Below are positions 1 to 7,296 of a stretch of DNA of 46,245 bases, piece by piece (position 1 is the stretch's first letter; each line of letters opens with the position of its first letter). The notes beneath the pieces are model-generated. The model made no database searches, was not told the origin of the DNA, and was given only the letters and a program-made list of their open reading frames with translations. The position numbers and the translations under genes are program-made. The stretch comes from a virus (lineage: Duplodnaviria; Caudoviricetes), in the IMG/VR virus record IMGVR_UViG_3300007734_000703, positions 1 through 46,245 of that record; one strand, 5' to 3'.

Positions 1-127
1 ACATGCACATAGGGGCCGAAGACGATCCGAAGGCTACGAGTTACGTGGATGCGCCGATGCTCACTTGCATCGGGCGTGATGAATTTTAGTTCGCTTATGC
101 GCCCTATCTGACGGAGGCTCCGATGGC
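1..127. repeat. Terminal direct repeat, left copy (circular assembly overlap)
   Basis: 1-127 is identical to 46119-46245. 127 is a common assembler k-mer size, and ORF 46013-46207 runs into the repeat. Confidence 0.95.
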
Positions 128-302
128 TCAAGAGTGGCAATGCCCGTACTGCAAAGCGTGGCGGTCGATCAAGGATCGCGCCTGCACACACGCCGTTAAT
201 GACTACGGCAAAGACCCAGTAACGGGGGGGCGCAGATCACGTCTCGGACGCCCGCTCGAAACCTGGACAGCCGACCGAGAGCCGAATTACGCCACGCGCT
301 GA
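123..302 (+). CDS. Small hypothetical protein with CPxC motif (59 aa)
   Basis: Translated by hand: GGAGG RBS, then MAQEWQCPYCKAWRS...; below the ORF-track length cutoff. Confidence 0.55.
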   Translation: MAQEWQCPYCKAWRSIKDRACTHAVNDYGKDPVTGGRRSRLGRPLETWTADREPNYATR

Positions 303-327
303 CCGCCGCAGACCGCAGGAGGTTGAA

Positions 328-483
328 ATGTCCAAAACTGACGAACCGCGTTTGAAATACGGCGCGCTGATCGAGCGGCTGCGGAAGCGCGCGGCTCTGG
401 CGAACGAGATTAACGAGTTCGGCCTTGAGAGTGACTTGCTAGACGCCGCTGCCGCGCTTGGCGAATTAAAAGAGACGCGGTGA
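328..483 (+). CDS. Small hypothetical protein (51 aa)
   Basis: AGGAGG RBS; MSKTDEPRLKYGALIERLRKRAA..., a helical phage-accessory-type sequence. Confidence 0.65.
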   Translation: MSKTDEPRLKYGALIERLRKRAALANEINEFGLESDLLDAAAALGELKETR

Positions 484-508
484 CGTGTCGTAAGGGCCAG
501 AGGATCAA

Positions 509-715
509 ATGGACAAAGAGCAAAAACGGATAAGCCGCCAGTTGGCGAAGATGCGAGTTGAACTTGATGGGCTCAAGTTCACGCCATCGCGCACGCGGCG
601 CCGGCTGATAATCGACGCCGAGACGCGCGGCCTGCTCCGCTCAGCTGTGGTTCAGCTCGAAATCATCCGCGCCAGGAATGCGGCGAAGGATACAACCATT
701 CGCGTTTATAGGTAG
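509..715 (+). CDS. Hypothetical protein
   Basis: GAGGA RBS; tiles with neighbouring plus-strand genes. Confidence 0.6.
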   Translation: MDKEQKRISRQLAKMRVELDGLKFTPSRTRRRLIIDAETRGLLRSAVVQLEIIRARNAAKDTTIRVYR

Positions 716-722
716 TCCTCGC

Positions 723-944
723 ATGTCCCGCGATTGGTTACACGTTCGATCCGAGATCAACCTACCGGGCCGCGTCCTGACCAAGACGCCGCACGAGATC
801 GGCGTCATCGTCGCGCATCAGCAGATCAACTATGGGATGGCAATCGAGGCTGACCCCTACGTTCTCAAGTGCCTCAAGCGAGCGATCTTTTCTGCCGTTC
901 GAGACACTATCGTTTGCAGCAGTTTACCGCAGGAGAAAACATGA
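723..944 (+). CDS. Hypothetical protein (start uncertain, 678 or 723)
   Basis: Stop overlaps the next ATG (ATGA at 941-944). Confidence 0.55.
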   Translation: MSRDWLHVRSEINLPGRVLTKTPHEIGVIVAHQQINYGMAIEADPYVLKCLKRAIFSAVRDTIVCSSLPQEKT

Positions 945-1159
945 CAGCCGCAACGGAAATGTGGGCCAAGAAGTGCGCCGAACTGACAACCGAGAACGAG
1001 CGGCTGCGGGCGGCGTTGACGCAGATCGCCTCGATGGGCGATGAGGACAACGAATGGGATGGGCGAGATAAGTTCCGAGACGTTCGCTCGTATGCTCAGC
1101 GGGCATTAGAGGGGATGGTGCCCGCCAGCGTTAATCAGCAGTTAGGGAAAGAGCCATGA
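941..1159 (+). CDS. Hypothetical coiled-coil protein
   Basis: AGGAG RBS, ATGA coupling at both ends, ENERLRAAL coiled-coil motif. Confidence 0.7.
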   Translation: MTAATEMWAKKCAELTTENERLRAALTQIASMGDEDNEWDGRDKFRDVRSYAQRALEGMVPASVNQQLGKEP

Positions 1160-1527
1160 ACACCGACTTGTCGCCGCTCGTGGGCCACACTCCGCAGGCT
1201 GACACGCCTGTATTTCGGTGCGACGAGAACCTGCCTGGGGTCGCGCGCTTTGATTGGGGCGTCCGAACGCCGAGGCATGGCGAGAGGAACTTGAGCGGCT
1301 ATACGCCCATCGAGAAGGCATACATCCTCGATAAGGCCACCCGCTCTTGCTACGTGTGGCGCGATGGCGAATGGCGCAACGACTTTGCGCGTAGCTGGTC
1401 ATGGAACGATGAAAGCGTCTCAGTCGAAGAATTTGCGCGCCGAGTGGAGGCGTCACCCCTCGAAATGATTTGGTGTTGGATGGGGGACGGCTTTTGGAGC
1501 GTGCGCGATTTCAACGCCGTGCAGTAA
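1156..1527 (+). CDS. Hypothetical protein
   Basis: ATGA-coupled 123-aa Trp-rich ORF. Confidence 0.65.
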   Translation: MNTDLSPLVGHTPQADTPVFRCDENLPGVARFDWGVRTPRHGERNLSGYTPIEKAYILDKATRSCYVWRDGEWRNDFARSWSWNDESVSVEEFARRVEASPLEMIWCWMGDGFWSVRDFNAVQ

Positions 1528-1551
1528 CATCACAACAGGGAAACCCGCCAC

Positions 1552-1665
1552 ATGGGCGCACTAAGCCTAGGCATTTATCTGGCGAGCATCGTCGGCGCCG
1601 TGATCTTCACCGGCCTGGTGGCTATCCTTGTGTACGGCGCGGTCCAGAAGATCAGGGGGCGGTAG
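1552..1665 (+). CDS. Single-transmembrane peptide (37 aa)
   Basis: Translated by hand: MGALSLGIYLASIVGAVIFTGLVAILVYGAVQKIRGR; fills the gap between neighbours exactly. Confidence 0.55.
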   Translation: MGALSLGIYLASIVGAVIFTGLVAILVYGAVQKIRGR

Positions 1666-1666
1666 G

Positions 1667-1867
1667 ATGGCGGAGCGTAACGAATTTGAGGCGGCCAAAT
1701 ACGCGATGCTTCTCGATATGCTGCGCCGCGCGACGGCAAATGGCACACACGAGAAAGTCGCGTCAACTATCCTAGCCGACTGGTTTCCGATGTGTACGGT
1801 CGATGCTCATGGCCGGGTTGGCGTCAAACTCAGTGACGGTGAGCAAGGGCAGGAGAAAAAGTCATGA
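1667..1867 (+). CDS. Hypothetical protein
   Basis: ATG 1 nt after the previous stop; ATGA coupling to the next gene. Confidence 0.6.
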   Translation: MAERNEFEAAKYAMLLDMLRRATANGTHEKVASTILADWFPMCTVDAHGRVGVKLSDGEQGQEKKS

Positions 1868-2073
1868 CAAAATCAGTTGAGGCCGTCGCCGAGTGTGCGG
1901 ACTTTGGCCCCGCATACGATGGCGAAGAGTACGTGACGCTGACGTTCCGCGTTCGCAAGGACCAGCGGGCAATTCCGGGGATATGGGACTTGACGCCACG
2001 ATGCCCCGGCACGCTCGATTGGGCCGAAACGAAGCATCCAGAAAAAGCCACGGCGCGGGACGCGCAGAGATAA
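1864..2073 (+). CDS. Hypothetical protein
   Basis: AGGAG RBS and ATGA coupling. Confidence 0.6.
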   Translation: MTKSVEAVAECADFGPAYDGEEYVTLTFRVRKDQRAIPGIWDLTPRCPGTLDWAETKHPEKATARDAQR

Positions 2074-2094
2074 GCGAGGAGCGCGGAGGAAAAG

Positions 2095-2325
2095 ATGAGC
2101 GAGCGCCGATACACCATTTCCGAGATCGACAAGATGCGTAATGGCATCGCGTGTCGGTTTGAGAGCAGACCTATTCTATGCTCCTTCAATGGAGCGATCT
2201 CGAAAGGGAGCCAGGAACGGGTCGATGCGTTTTGGAGGACCGTCGAGGATCAATTGCGAACCGCTTTAGTGGCGGGTGTTGATCCGGCAGAGTTCGGTAA
2301 TGGGCAATCAGCGCCCGGAAAATAA
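2095..2325 (+). CDS. Hypothetical protein
   Basis: GGAGGA RBS; 76 aa. Confidence 0.7.
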   Translation: MSERRYTISEIDKMRNGIACRFESRPILCSFNGAISKGSQERVDAFWRTVEDQLRTALVAGVDPAEFGNGQSAPGK

Positions 2326-2378
2326 TCGGTTTTGCAAAATACAGTTGCAAACTTTGATACACGGACTCAAAACAGTGC

Positions 2379-2759
2379 ATGGACGATGAGCTACGCTTCC
2401 ACGATGAAATTGCCGCCCGAGTGTGGTTTGAGCGCCAGCGTTGGCCTAACGGCCCGGTGTGCCCGCACTGTGGCGGCACGAAGTTCTATGACACGAGGAA
2501 GGTCAGCGTGTTGCGCTGTGGCAATGGGGCGTGTCGGAAGGACTTCTCGGTTATGACCGGGACCGTGATGCACGGAAGCCGCGTGACGCTACCTCAGTGG
2601 GCGCGAGCGTTCCATTTGGCCGCATCGAGCGAGACGCTGCCAACGGCCACACAGCTTCGCGACGAGCTGGGATGCGAGTTCAATACTGGAGCCCTGATCC
2701 GGCGCAGACTGAAAGAGGCCGCAGAACGTGGCGGCATGTTTTCTGCGCGGCGGTTGTAG
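2379..2759 (+). mobile_element. IS1595-family transposase N-terminal part only (Zn ribbon + HTH, no DDE domain)
   Basis: RWPNGPVCPHCG...RCGNGACRKDFSVMTGTVM...QLRDELG matches the IS1595 Zn-ribbon/HTH region; the ORF stops where the VExDE catalytic region would begin. Confidence 0.8.
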
Positions 2760-2799
2760 ATGATGAGGGATTTACCGAGATTGGATGCGAGAGGGACAA

Positions 2800-3165
2800 A
2801 TGGCTTTCGAGAATGACCCGGAAGGCTACCGCATGGCGCAATACTATGCTGGCGCAGATTTTGACAAGGTGAAAACCGTCACCCATGAGGTCTTGCGCGA
2901 ATGCGGCATGAAATACGATCTAACGGAGTTCTGCGCTCTTATGAACGACCTGTTGGCGTCTGTCCCGGAACAGTACCGCGCCTCGGCCAGGGTGTTTCTT
3001 TACGATCCGGGCTACGATGGAAGCACGAGCTTCCAAATAACGTATGTCGGACCTGAGAGCGCTGAGGTCGTCACCGAAAGGATCGGCGATTGCGTCCAAT
3101 ATGTTGAGCAAAGACGCGCCGAAGAACGTGCCGCATACGAACGCCTAAAGGCAAAGTTTGGCTGA
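2800..3165 (+). CDS. Hypothetical protein
   Basis: GAGGG RBS; C-terminal ERAAYERLKAKFG typical of small phage proteins. Confidence 0.75.
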   Translation: MAFENDPEGYRMAQYYAGADFDKVKTVTHEVLRECGMKYDLTEFCALMNDLLASVPEQYRASARVFLYDPGYDGSTSFQITYVGPESAEVVTERIGDCVQYVEQRRAEERAAYERLKAKFG

Positions 3166-3220
3166 CGCGCAGATGCAAGAGATGAGCGCCAGCTAATTTA
3201 TTGGATGCAGGAGAGACGAA

Positions 3221-3787
3221 ATGAAAAAGATTCCGACCATGTTCGAGCGTGACTGGAATGGCGACCGAAGCCGCGTCGTCAATCAAGTTCACCCCGGCTG
3301 TGAATGGGTTCTGGCTGGCGAGGGGATCGCCACCAAGAAGCTTGACGGGACGTGCTGCCTGATCCGCGACGGGCAGATTTACAAGCGCCGTGAGCTTCGC
3401 AAGGGCGATGCCGTGCCTCCTGGGTTCGAGGTAGCCGACCAAGACGAGGAAACCGGCAAGACAGTCGGCTGGGTGTTGTGCAGCGACGGGCCAGAAGATC
3501 GCTGGCACCTGGAGGCGTTCGATCACGCCGGATTCCCGAGGGATGGCACCTATGAACTGCTGGGGCCAAAGGTACAGGGAAACCCTGAGGGCTGGGATCA
3601 CCACGTCCTGATCGAACACGGCGCGATGCAGTATGCCGAAGGCGTCGTCCCGCGAACGTTTGACGGGCTCGCCGCGTGGCTATCAACCCAGCCTATCGAG
3701 GGGATCGTATTCCATCACCCTGACGGGCGGATGGCCAAAATCAAATTGAAGGACTTCGGTCACAAACGCATCAAATCTGCTGCGTGA
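3221..3787 (+). CDS. Putative ATP-dependent RNA ligase (short nucleotidyltransferase-domain type)
   Basis: Motif I KxDG (ATKKLDGT), motif III-like TYELLGPKVQGN, motif IV EGIVF, motif V MAKIK. Confidence 0.8.
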   Translation: MKKIPTMFERDWNGDRSRVVNQVHPGCEWVLAGEGIATKKLDGTCCLIRDGQIYKRRELRKGDAVPPGFEVADQDEETGKTVGWVLCSDGPEDRWHLEAFDHAGFPRDGTYELLGPKVQGNPEGWDHHVLIEHGAMQYAEGVVPRTFDGLAAWLSTQPIEGIVFHHPDGRMAKIKLKDFGHKRIKSAA

Positions 3788-3796
3788 CGGTGATGC

Positions 3797-3997
3797 CTAA
3801 CAACCGCCTTCCTCTTTCTTGACCGCTACGTCCATAACCCCGCCGGCGAAATACAGCGCCTTCACGAGCTTGCAGGGGAATAGATGGTGGACGCCGCCGA
3901 CCACAATGGACACGGTTCCTGTCTTGCCGTCCTTGGACAAGTACCGGAACGATTCGACTTCGACATTGGGAGGGGCGTCGGGGGTATCTGCTCGCAT
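3797..3997 (-). CDS. Hypothetical protein, last gene of the late operon
   Basis: Ends 9 bp from the convergent ligase stop; start uncertain (3997 or 4030). Confidence 0.45.
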   Translation of the reverse strand: MRADTPDAPPNVEVESFRYLSKDGKTGTVSIVVGGVHHLFPCKLVKALYFAGGVMDVAVKKEEGGC

Positions 3998-4143
3998 TCG
4001 CAGTCGATCCATTTCATCAGCACGGACCATTCGCCGTGCGGGGTTCCGTCTAAGGCATTCGTGGGAAGCCAGCCGAGAGATAGGTATTCTTCGGCTTGGG
4101 GGAATCGGACGTAACGGAATGTCTCAGGATTTTTCTGGATCAT
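3862..4143 (-). CDS. Hypothetical protein
   Basis: FRYVRF...LSLGW...HGEWSVLMKW...CEC N-terminal half looks protein-like; overlaps the downstream ORF. Confidence 0.5.
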   Translation of the reverse strand: MIQKNPETFRYVRFPQAEEYLSLGWLPTNALDGTPHGEWSVLMKWIDCECEQIPPTPLPMSKSNRSGTCPRTARQEPCPLWSAASTIYSPASS

Positions 4144-4221
4144 TCGGCTGTCCAACAAATTCCTCGCGCTCGTCGTCCTGTTCGTCGTCAATGAACCGCT
4201 TTAGAACGCGAGGCTTTGGCT

Positions 4222-5142
4222 TCACACGGCGATGAGTTCTCCGCGCCAAGCTATGTGGCCTTTGTCCCATACGTGAACCAGCTCCGGCGGCAACAGCTTG
4301 CCTTTGTGGAAGGTGAGAACAACGAATCCGCTGCGCCAATCGAGCGGCGAATCTTCGGTGTAATCGAGGAACGCCTGCGCGCTCGGATCGGCCAGGCAGC
4401 CGCAATCGACGCCATAGCGAACACCCGCGTAATCGGTGTAGGGCGTCACCTTGAGGCTATGCAGATGCCCGGTGACCATCGTCTTGCCTGATTTGAGCGT
4501 GTTATTTCTGACGGCGCCGATGCCGCCCGAATAACGATGCTTGATAACCACATCCTCATTCACCCACGCAGACCAGCACGCGGCCCAAGCCGGGAAATGA
4601 TCCTTGAGTGAGAACCCGTGCATCCGGGCGAACTCGGGGGAAGTGGTCGCCAGCCGTGTCTCAAAACGGGCGTCGTGATTACCAAGAGGCCATGCCAGCT
4701 TGCAGTTGCTGGGCGCCGCGTCCTCGATCATGGCGAGGGCTTCTTTGGCGGCGTTGATTTCATCTTCGACGGATGGAAGATGCTGCCAGCCTATTGGGGG
4801 ATGCCGGCTAACCTGGGGGAAGTCCAGGGCGTCCCCGTTCATCACCACAACGCGAGGCTTCAATTCCTTCGCGAACTTGATGAACCCGCGCATGGCGGGC
4901 GTGAGCGGACCGGGCCATAGATGCGCGTCCGAACCAACCAGCACTGTGCCGTTGAGGCAATCGAAATGCAGCCGCGCGGCGTGTTCGATGTTGTGTCGAG
5001 TGACGGGGCTGTTGCCGTTTCGAGGAGCCGTGATCTGCCGGCGGAATTTGCCCTCTAAGGATTGCCGCCGGAAATAAACCGACCTCTTGGAAACATTGAG
5101 CCGCTTGGCTGTAGCCGCCGGCCCGATCTCCTCTACCGTCAT
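4222..5142 (-). CDS. Calcineurin-like metallophosphoesterase with N-terminal HTH (true N-terminus probably at 5189 in another frame)
   Basis: Motifs SDAH, NGDxxD, GNHD, H, GHLH; N-terminal AATAKRLNVSKRSVY HTH-like segment. Confidence 0.85.
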   Translation of the reverse strand: MTVEEIGPAATAKRLNVSKRSVYFRRQSLEGKFRRQITAPRNGNSPVTRHNIEHAARLHFDCLNGTVLVGSDAHLWPGPLTPAMRGFIKFAKELKPRVVVMNGDALDFPQVSRHPPIGWQHLPSVEDEINAAKEALAMIEDAAPSNCKLAWPLGNHDARFETRLATTSPEFARMHGFSLKDHFPAWAACWSAWVNEDVVIKHRYSGGIGAVRNNTLKSGKTMVTGHLHSLKVTPYTDYAGVRYGVDCGCLADPSAQAFLDYTEDSPLDWRSGFVVLTFHKGKLLPPELVHVWDKGHIAWRGELIAV

Positions 5143-5196
5143 ATGAAATCGCTATCGGAACACTTTGCACGCGGGTCTGTGCCTCGCATGAAGCCC

Positions 5197-5307
5197 CTAT
5201 CGTCTGATGATGGTCAGGAGCAGGCACGCGACGAACAGCGCGGCAAGCCCGCCTAGACCGATCAGGATTGCTTCGGAGCTGATAGCGAGAACCGAGCAGG
5301 CGCCCAC
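5197..5307 (-). CDS. Single-transmembrane peptide (36 aa)
   Basis: GTG overlaps the upstream TAG; ILIGLGGLAALFVACLLLTIIRR. Confidence 0.4.
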   Translation of the reverse strand: MGACSVLAISSEAILIGLGGLAALFVACLLLTIIRR

Positions 5308-5558
5308 TAGCGGGTTGGCCGCTGGATCAGCGCCTTGATTTCCGCGAGCGAACCGAAGATCGAATCCATCTTGGTTTCTAGCCGGATGATCCTCTCGGCT
5401 TGCGGGGCTGCGGACGCGATCTGCGATTCCAGTTGGTTGACGCGGGTCGAAAGGTTCGACCCCCAAATCAACAGCCCGGCTGTCTGCATGAGGATGGCGA
5501 AGATCAGGGCCAACGGGACTTTCTTGTCCAAGTGCCAACGCTTGTCGTCGTCGTTCAT
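5307..5558 (-). CDS. Lysis-module membrane protein (1 TM + coiled coil)
   Basis: WHLDKKVPLALIFAILMQ TM segment followed by heptad repeats; ATGA-coupled to the holin. Confidence 0.7.
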   Translation of the reverse strand: MNDDDKRWHLDKKVPLALIFAILMQTAGLLIWGSNLSTRVNQLESQIASAAPQAERIIRLETKMDSIFGSLAEIKALIQRPTR

Positions 5559-5947
5559 TTCTTGATCGCCTTCGCCACATCAACCGCAGACTTGGCGAGG
5601 ATGTATCCGCCGATGCCGACCGTGACGAGATTCCACAGATCGCTCGGCACGGATTTGATCGCGGCGATAGTCGGACCTTGCAGCCCGAACATGGGCGAGG
5701 CGACAACCCACGTAATCATGCCAAGGCACCACATCACGACAATCGGGCGGGCGTTGCGCGTCAGCCATCCTTCAGAGGCCGCGTCCGCTACCATGACGCC
5801 CTTCATCGCGTCGTAGATTGCCGCCTGGCTTGCCAGCAATGCCTTCTGGATTTCCGACTCGACCTCAAGCCGCTTGTCGGGGTCCGGGATGATCTTATTC
5901 AGAACGCCGGAGATCGCGGCGATGATCGCCGTAATGCCTGCAAACAT
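5555..5947 (-). CDS. Putative holin (3TM holin-like)
   Basis: Directly after the endolysin; IIPDPD...ADAASEGWLTRNARP...LWNLVTVGIGGY pattern with hydrophobic segments. Confidence 0.75.
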   Translation of the reverse strand: MFAGITAIIAAISGVLNKIIPDPDKRLEVESEIQKALLASQAAIYDAMKGVMVADAASEGWLTRNARPIVVMWCLGMITWVVASPMFGLQGPTIAAIKSVPSDLWNLVTVGIGGYILAKSAVDVAKAIKK

Positions 5948-5949
5948 TG

Positions 5950-6627
5950 TCAGCCCTTGGTGAAGATGGATTTGAGGAGACGGATCAACCAATGACCCGA
6001 ATTGGGTTCGGGTGTACCCAAATTGGGAACATCTGGCGGTGGCGGGGCCGGAACATCAGCGCCGACGAAATTCACGGACGGGTCAAGTTCGCGCATGGCC
6101 AGAATGAGGCCAGCACAGCCAAGCTGCTTGTCCACCACGTCTGGATCGAATTTCCCGTCCGCGACATACTTGCCGCGCTTGTATTGATCGGTGCCGGACC
6201 AGACGTAGGGGCTTGGCAGGCCGCGGGCGGCGTATCCGAGGCCGTTGTATTCTTCGAGAAGCGTCAACGCTCCTGCCGGCGTCCAGTCTCGCCAGCGCGC
6301 CGCGAATGGGTGGCAGTTGGCCAGCGCATCGACCGCGCCATCCTCCCACATCTTGAACGGACCCCGGCCCTTCGGGACATGCACGGAAACCTTGTTTAGA
6401 GGATCGCCTTGGCCTAACTGTGTATCCCATCGCTGCGAGGCTTCGCGCTCATGGATGACGGCGATGATGAACCACGGCACGCCGGTCTGCGCCTGAACAA
6501 CCTGATAGCGTTTCTTGGCCGCGACCAGCCGCTTGGCAATCTGCGCGAGCTCCGGCCCGCGCGTGATCTTGGCGAGGCTCCACCGTTGCCGGTTCTTGAT
6601 CTTGAGAGCTTCGACGCTGACGCTCAT
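5950..6627 (-). CDS. Endolysin, lysozyme-like fold
   Basis: GVPWFIIAVIHEREAS, GDPL, LEEYNGLGY, PSPYVWSGTDQY, GKYVADG, DKQLGCA motifs. Confidence 0.85.
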   Translation of the reverse strand: MSVSVEALKIKNRQRWSLAKITRGPELAQIAKRLVAAKKRYQVVQAQTGVPWFIIAVIHEREASQRWDTQLGQGDPLNKVSVHVPKGRGPFKMWEDGAVDALANCHPFAARWRDWTPAGALTLLEEYNGLGYAARGLPSPYVWSGTDQYKRGKYVADGKFDPDVVDKQLGCAGLILAMRELDPSVNFVGADVPAPPPPDVPNLGTPEPNSGHWLIRLLKSIFTKG

Positions 6628-6845
6628 GGGTCAATGTGCCTCTTGCACGAGGGGCGCAGGTTTTCGCGGTTGGCGACCATGCAAGCGATGATAGCTTCGC
6701 GGCCCTGGGGGATCGCTTTTTTGCAATGGGTCAGCGCGTCAGCTGTGCAGTCGCGCCGGATTTGCTTTTCTGATGCAGCGAGTGCAGGCGAGACGGTGAC
6801 CGTGAGGGCGATTGCCGCAAGCAGTGCGGTTGCCTGAACCCTCAT
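6624..6845 (-). CDS. Secreted cysteine-rich repeat protein
   Basis: Signal peptide ending ALA, then CxxDAxxHC...IxACMxxNxxxLxPSC, a single Cys-rich repeat unit. Confidence 0.75.
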   Translation of the reverse strand: MRVQATALLAAIALTVTVSPALAASEKQIRRDCTADALTHCKKAIPQGREAIIACMVANRENLRPSCKRHIDP

Positions 6846-6976
6846 CGACGTAGCGCCACATAAGCGAACGCCGCCCACAACACCCAATGCGGATGATCTT
6901 CAACGAACTTGACCGTTCGCCAGTAGCCCTCAGTCAGCAAATCCCATGCGTAGCGAGCACAGTCTTTGAGTTTCAT
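6842..6976 (-). CDS. Small hypothetical membrane-associated protein (44 aa)
   Basis: Translated by hand: MKLKDCARYAWDLLTEGYWRTVKFVEDHPHWVLWAAFAYVALRR; ATGA-coupled at both ends. Confidence 0.6.
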   Translation of the reverse strand: MKLKDCARYAWDLLTEGYWRTVKFVEDHPHWVLWAAFAYVALRR

Positions 6977-7289
6977 GAACCAGACTCCGGGGGTTTGAAG
7001 CAGTAAACGATGTCGCCGGCCTCTGGCCGCGTGGCGCAGACGTGCGCTTGCCGTCCTGCGTGATTTCGTTTTTCAAGATGAGATGGTCTGGGACCGCGAT
7101 CCACTTGCGGTCCTCACGGCGCAACGCGAACCACGTCCCGCCCTTGAACTGCGCTTCCGTGGGGTAGCAGTCCCATGAGCTACAGCATGAAGTTCCCGTG
7201 TCGGGCCGCTTCCAGTCCGTGTAGATGTCGTGAGCTTGTGCGGGCAATAAAAAAGCCGCTACGATGGCGGCAGAGACGAGCAGTCTCAT
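6973..7289 (-). pseudogene. Secreted Cys-rich protein with a 1-nt frameshift near 7048 (pseudogene or sequence error)
   Basis: Signal peptide + HDIY...SCCSSWDCYP; the -1 frame continues AHVCATRPEAGDIVYCFKPPESGS* and ends in an ATGA overlap with the next gene. Confidence 0.7.
7249..7271 (-). terminator. Candidate intrinsic terminator inside the 5' end of the gene after the tail fibre
   Basis: GCCGC-CATCGTA-GCGGC followed by T6 on the minus strand. Confidence 0.45.
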
Positions 7290-7296
7290 CTAAGCG

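Noticed and set aside
2330-2352. TTTGCA...TGCAAA as a sixth CI operator
   Set aside because: The spacer is 9 bp rather than 5 and lacks the central CTAG-like core.
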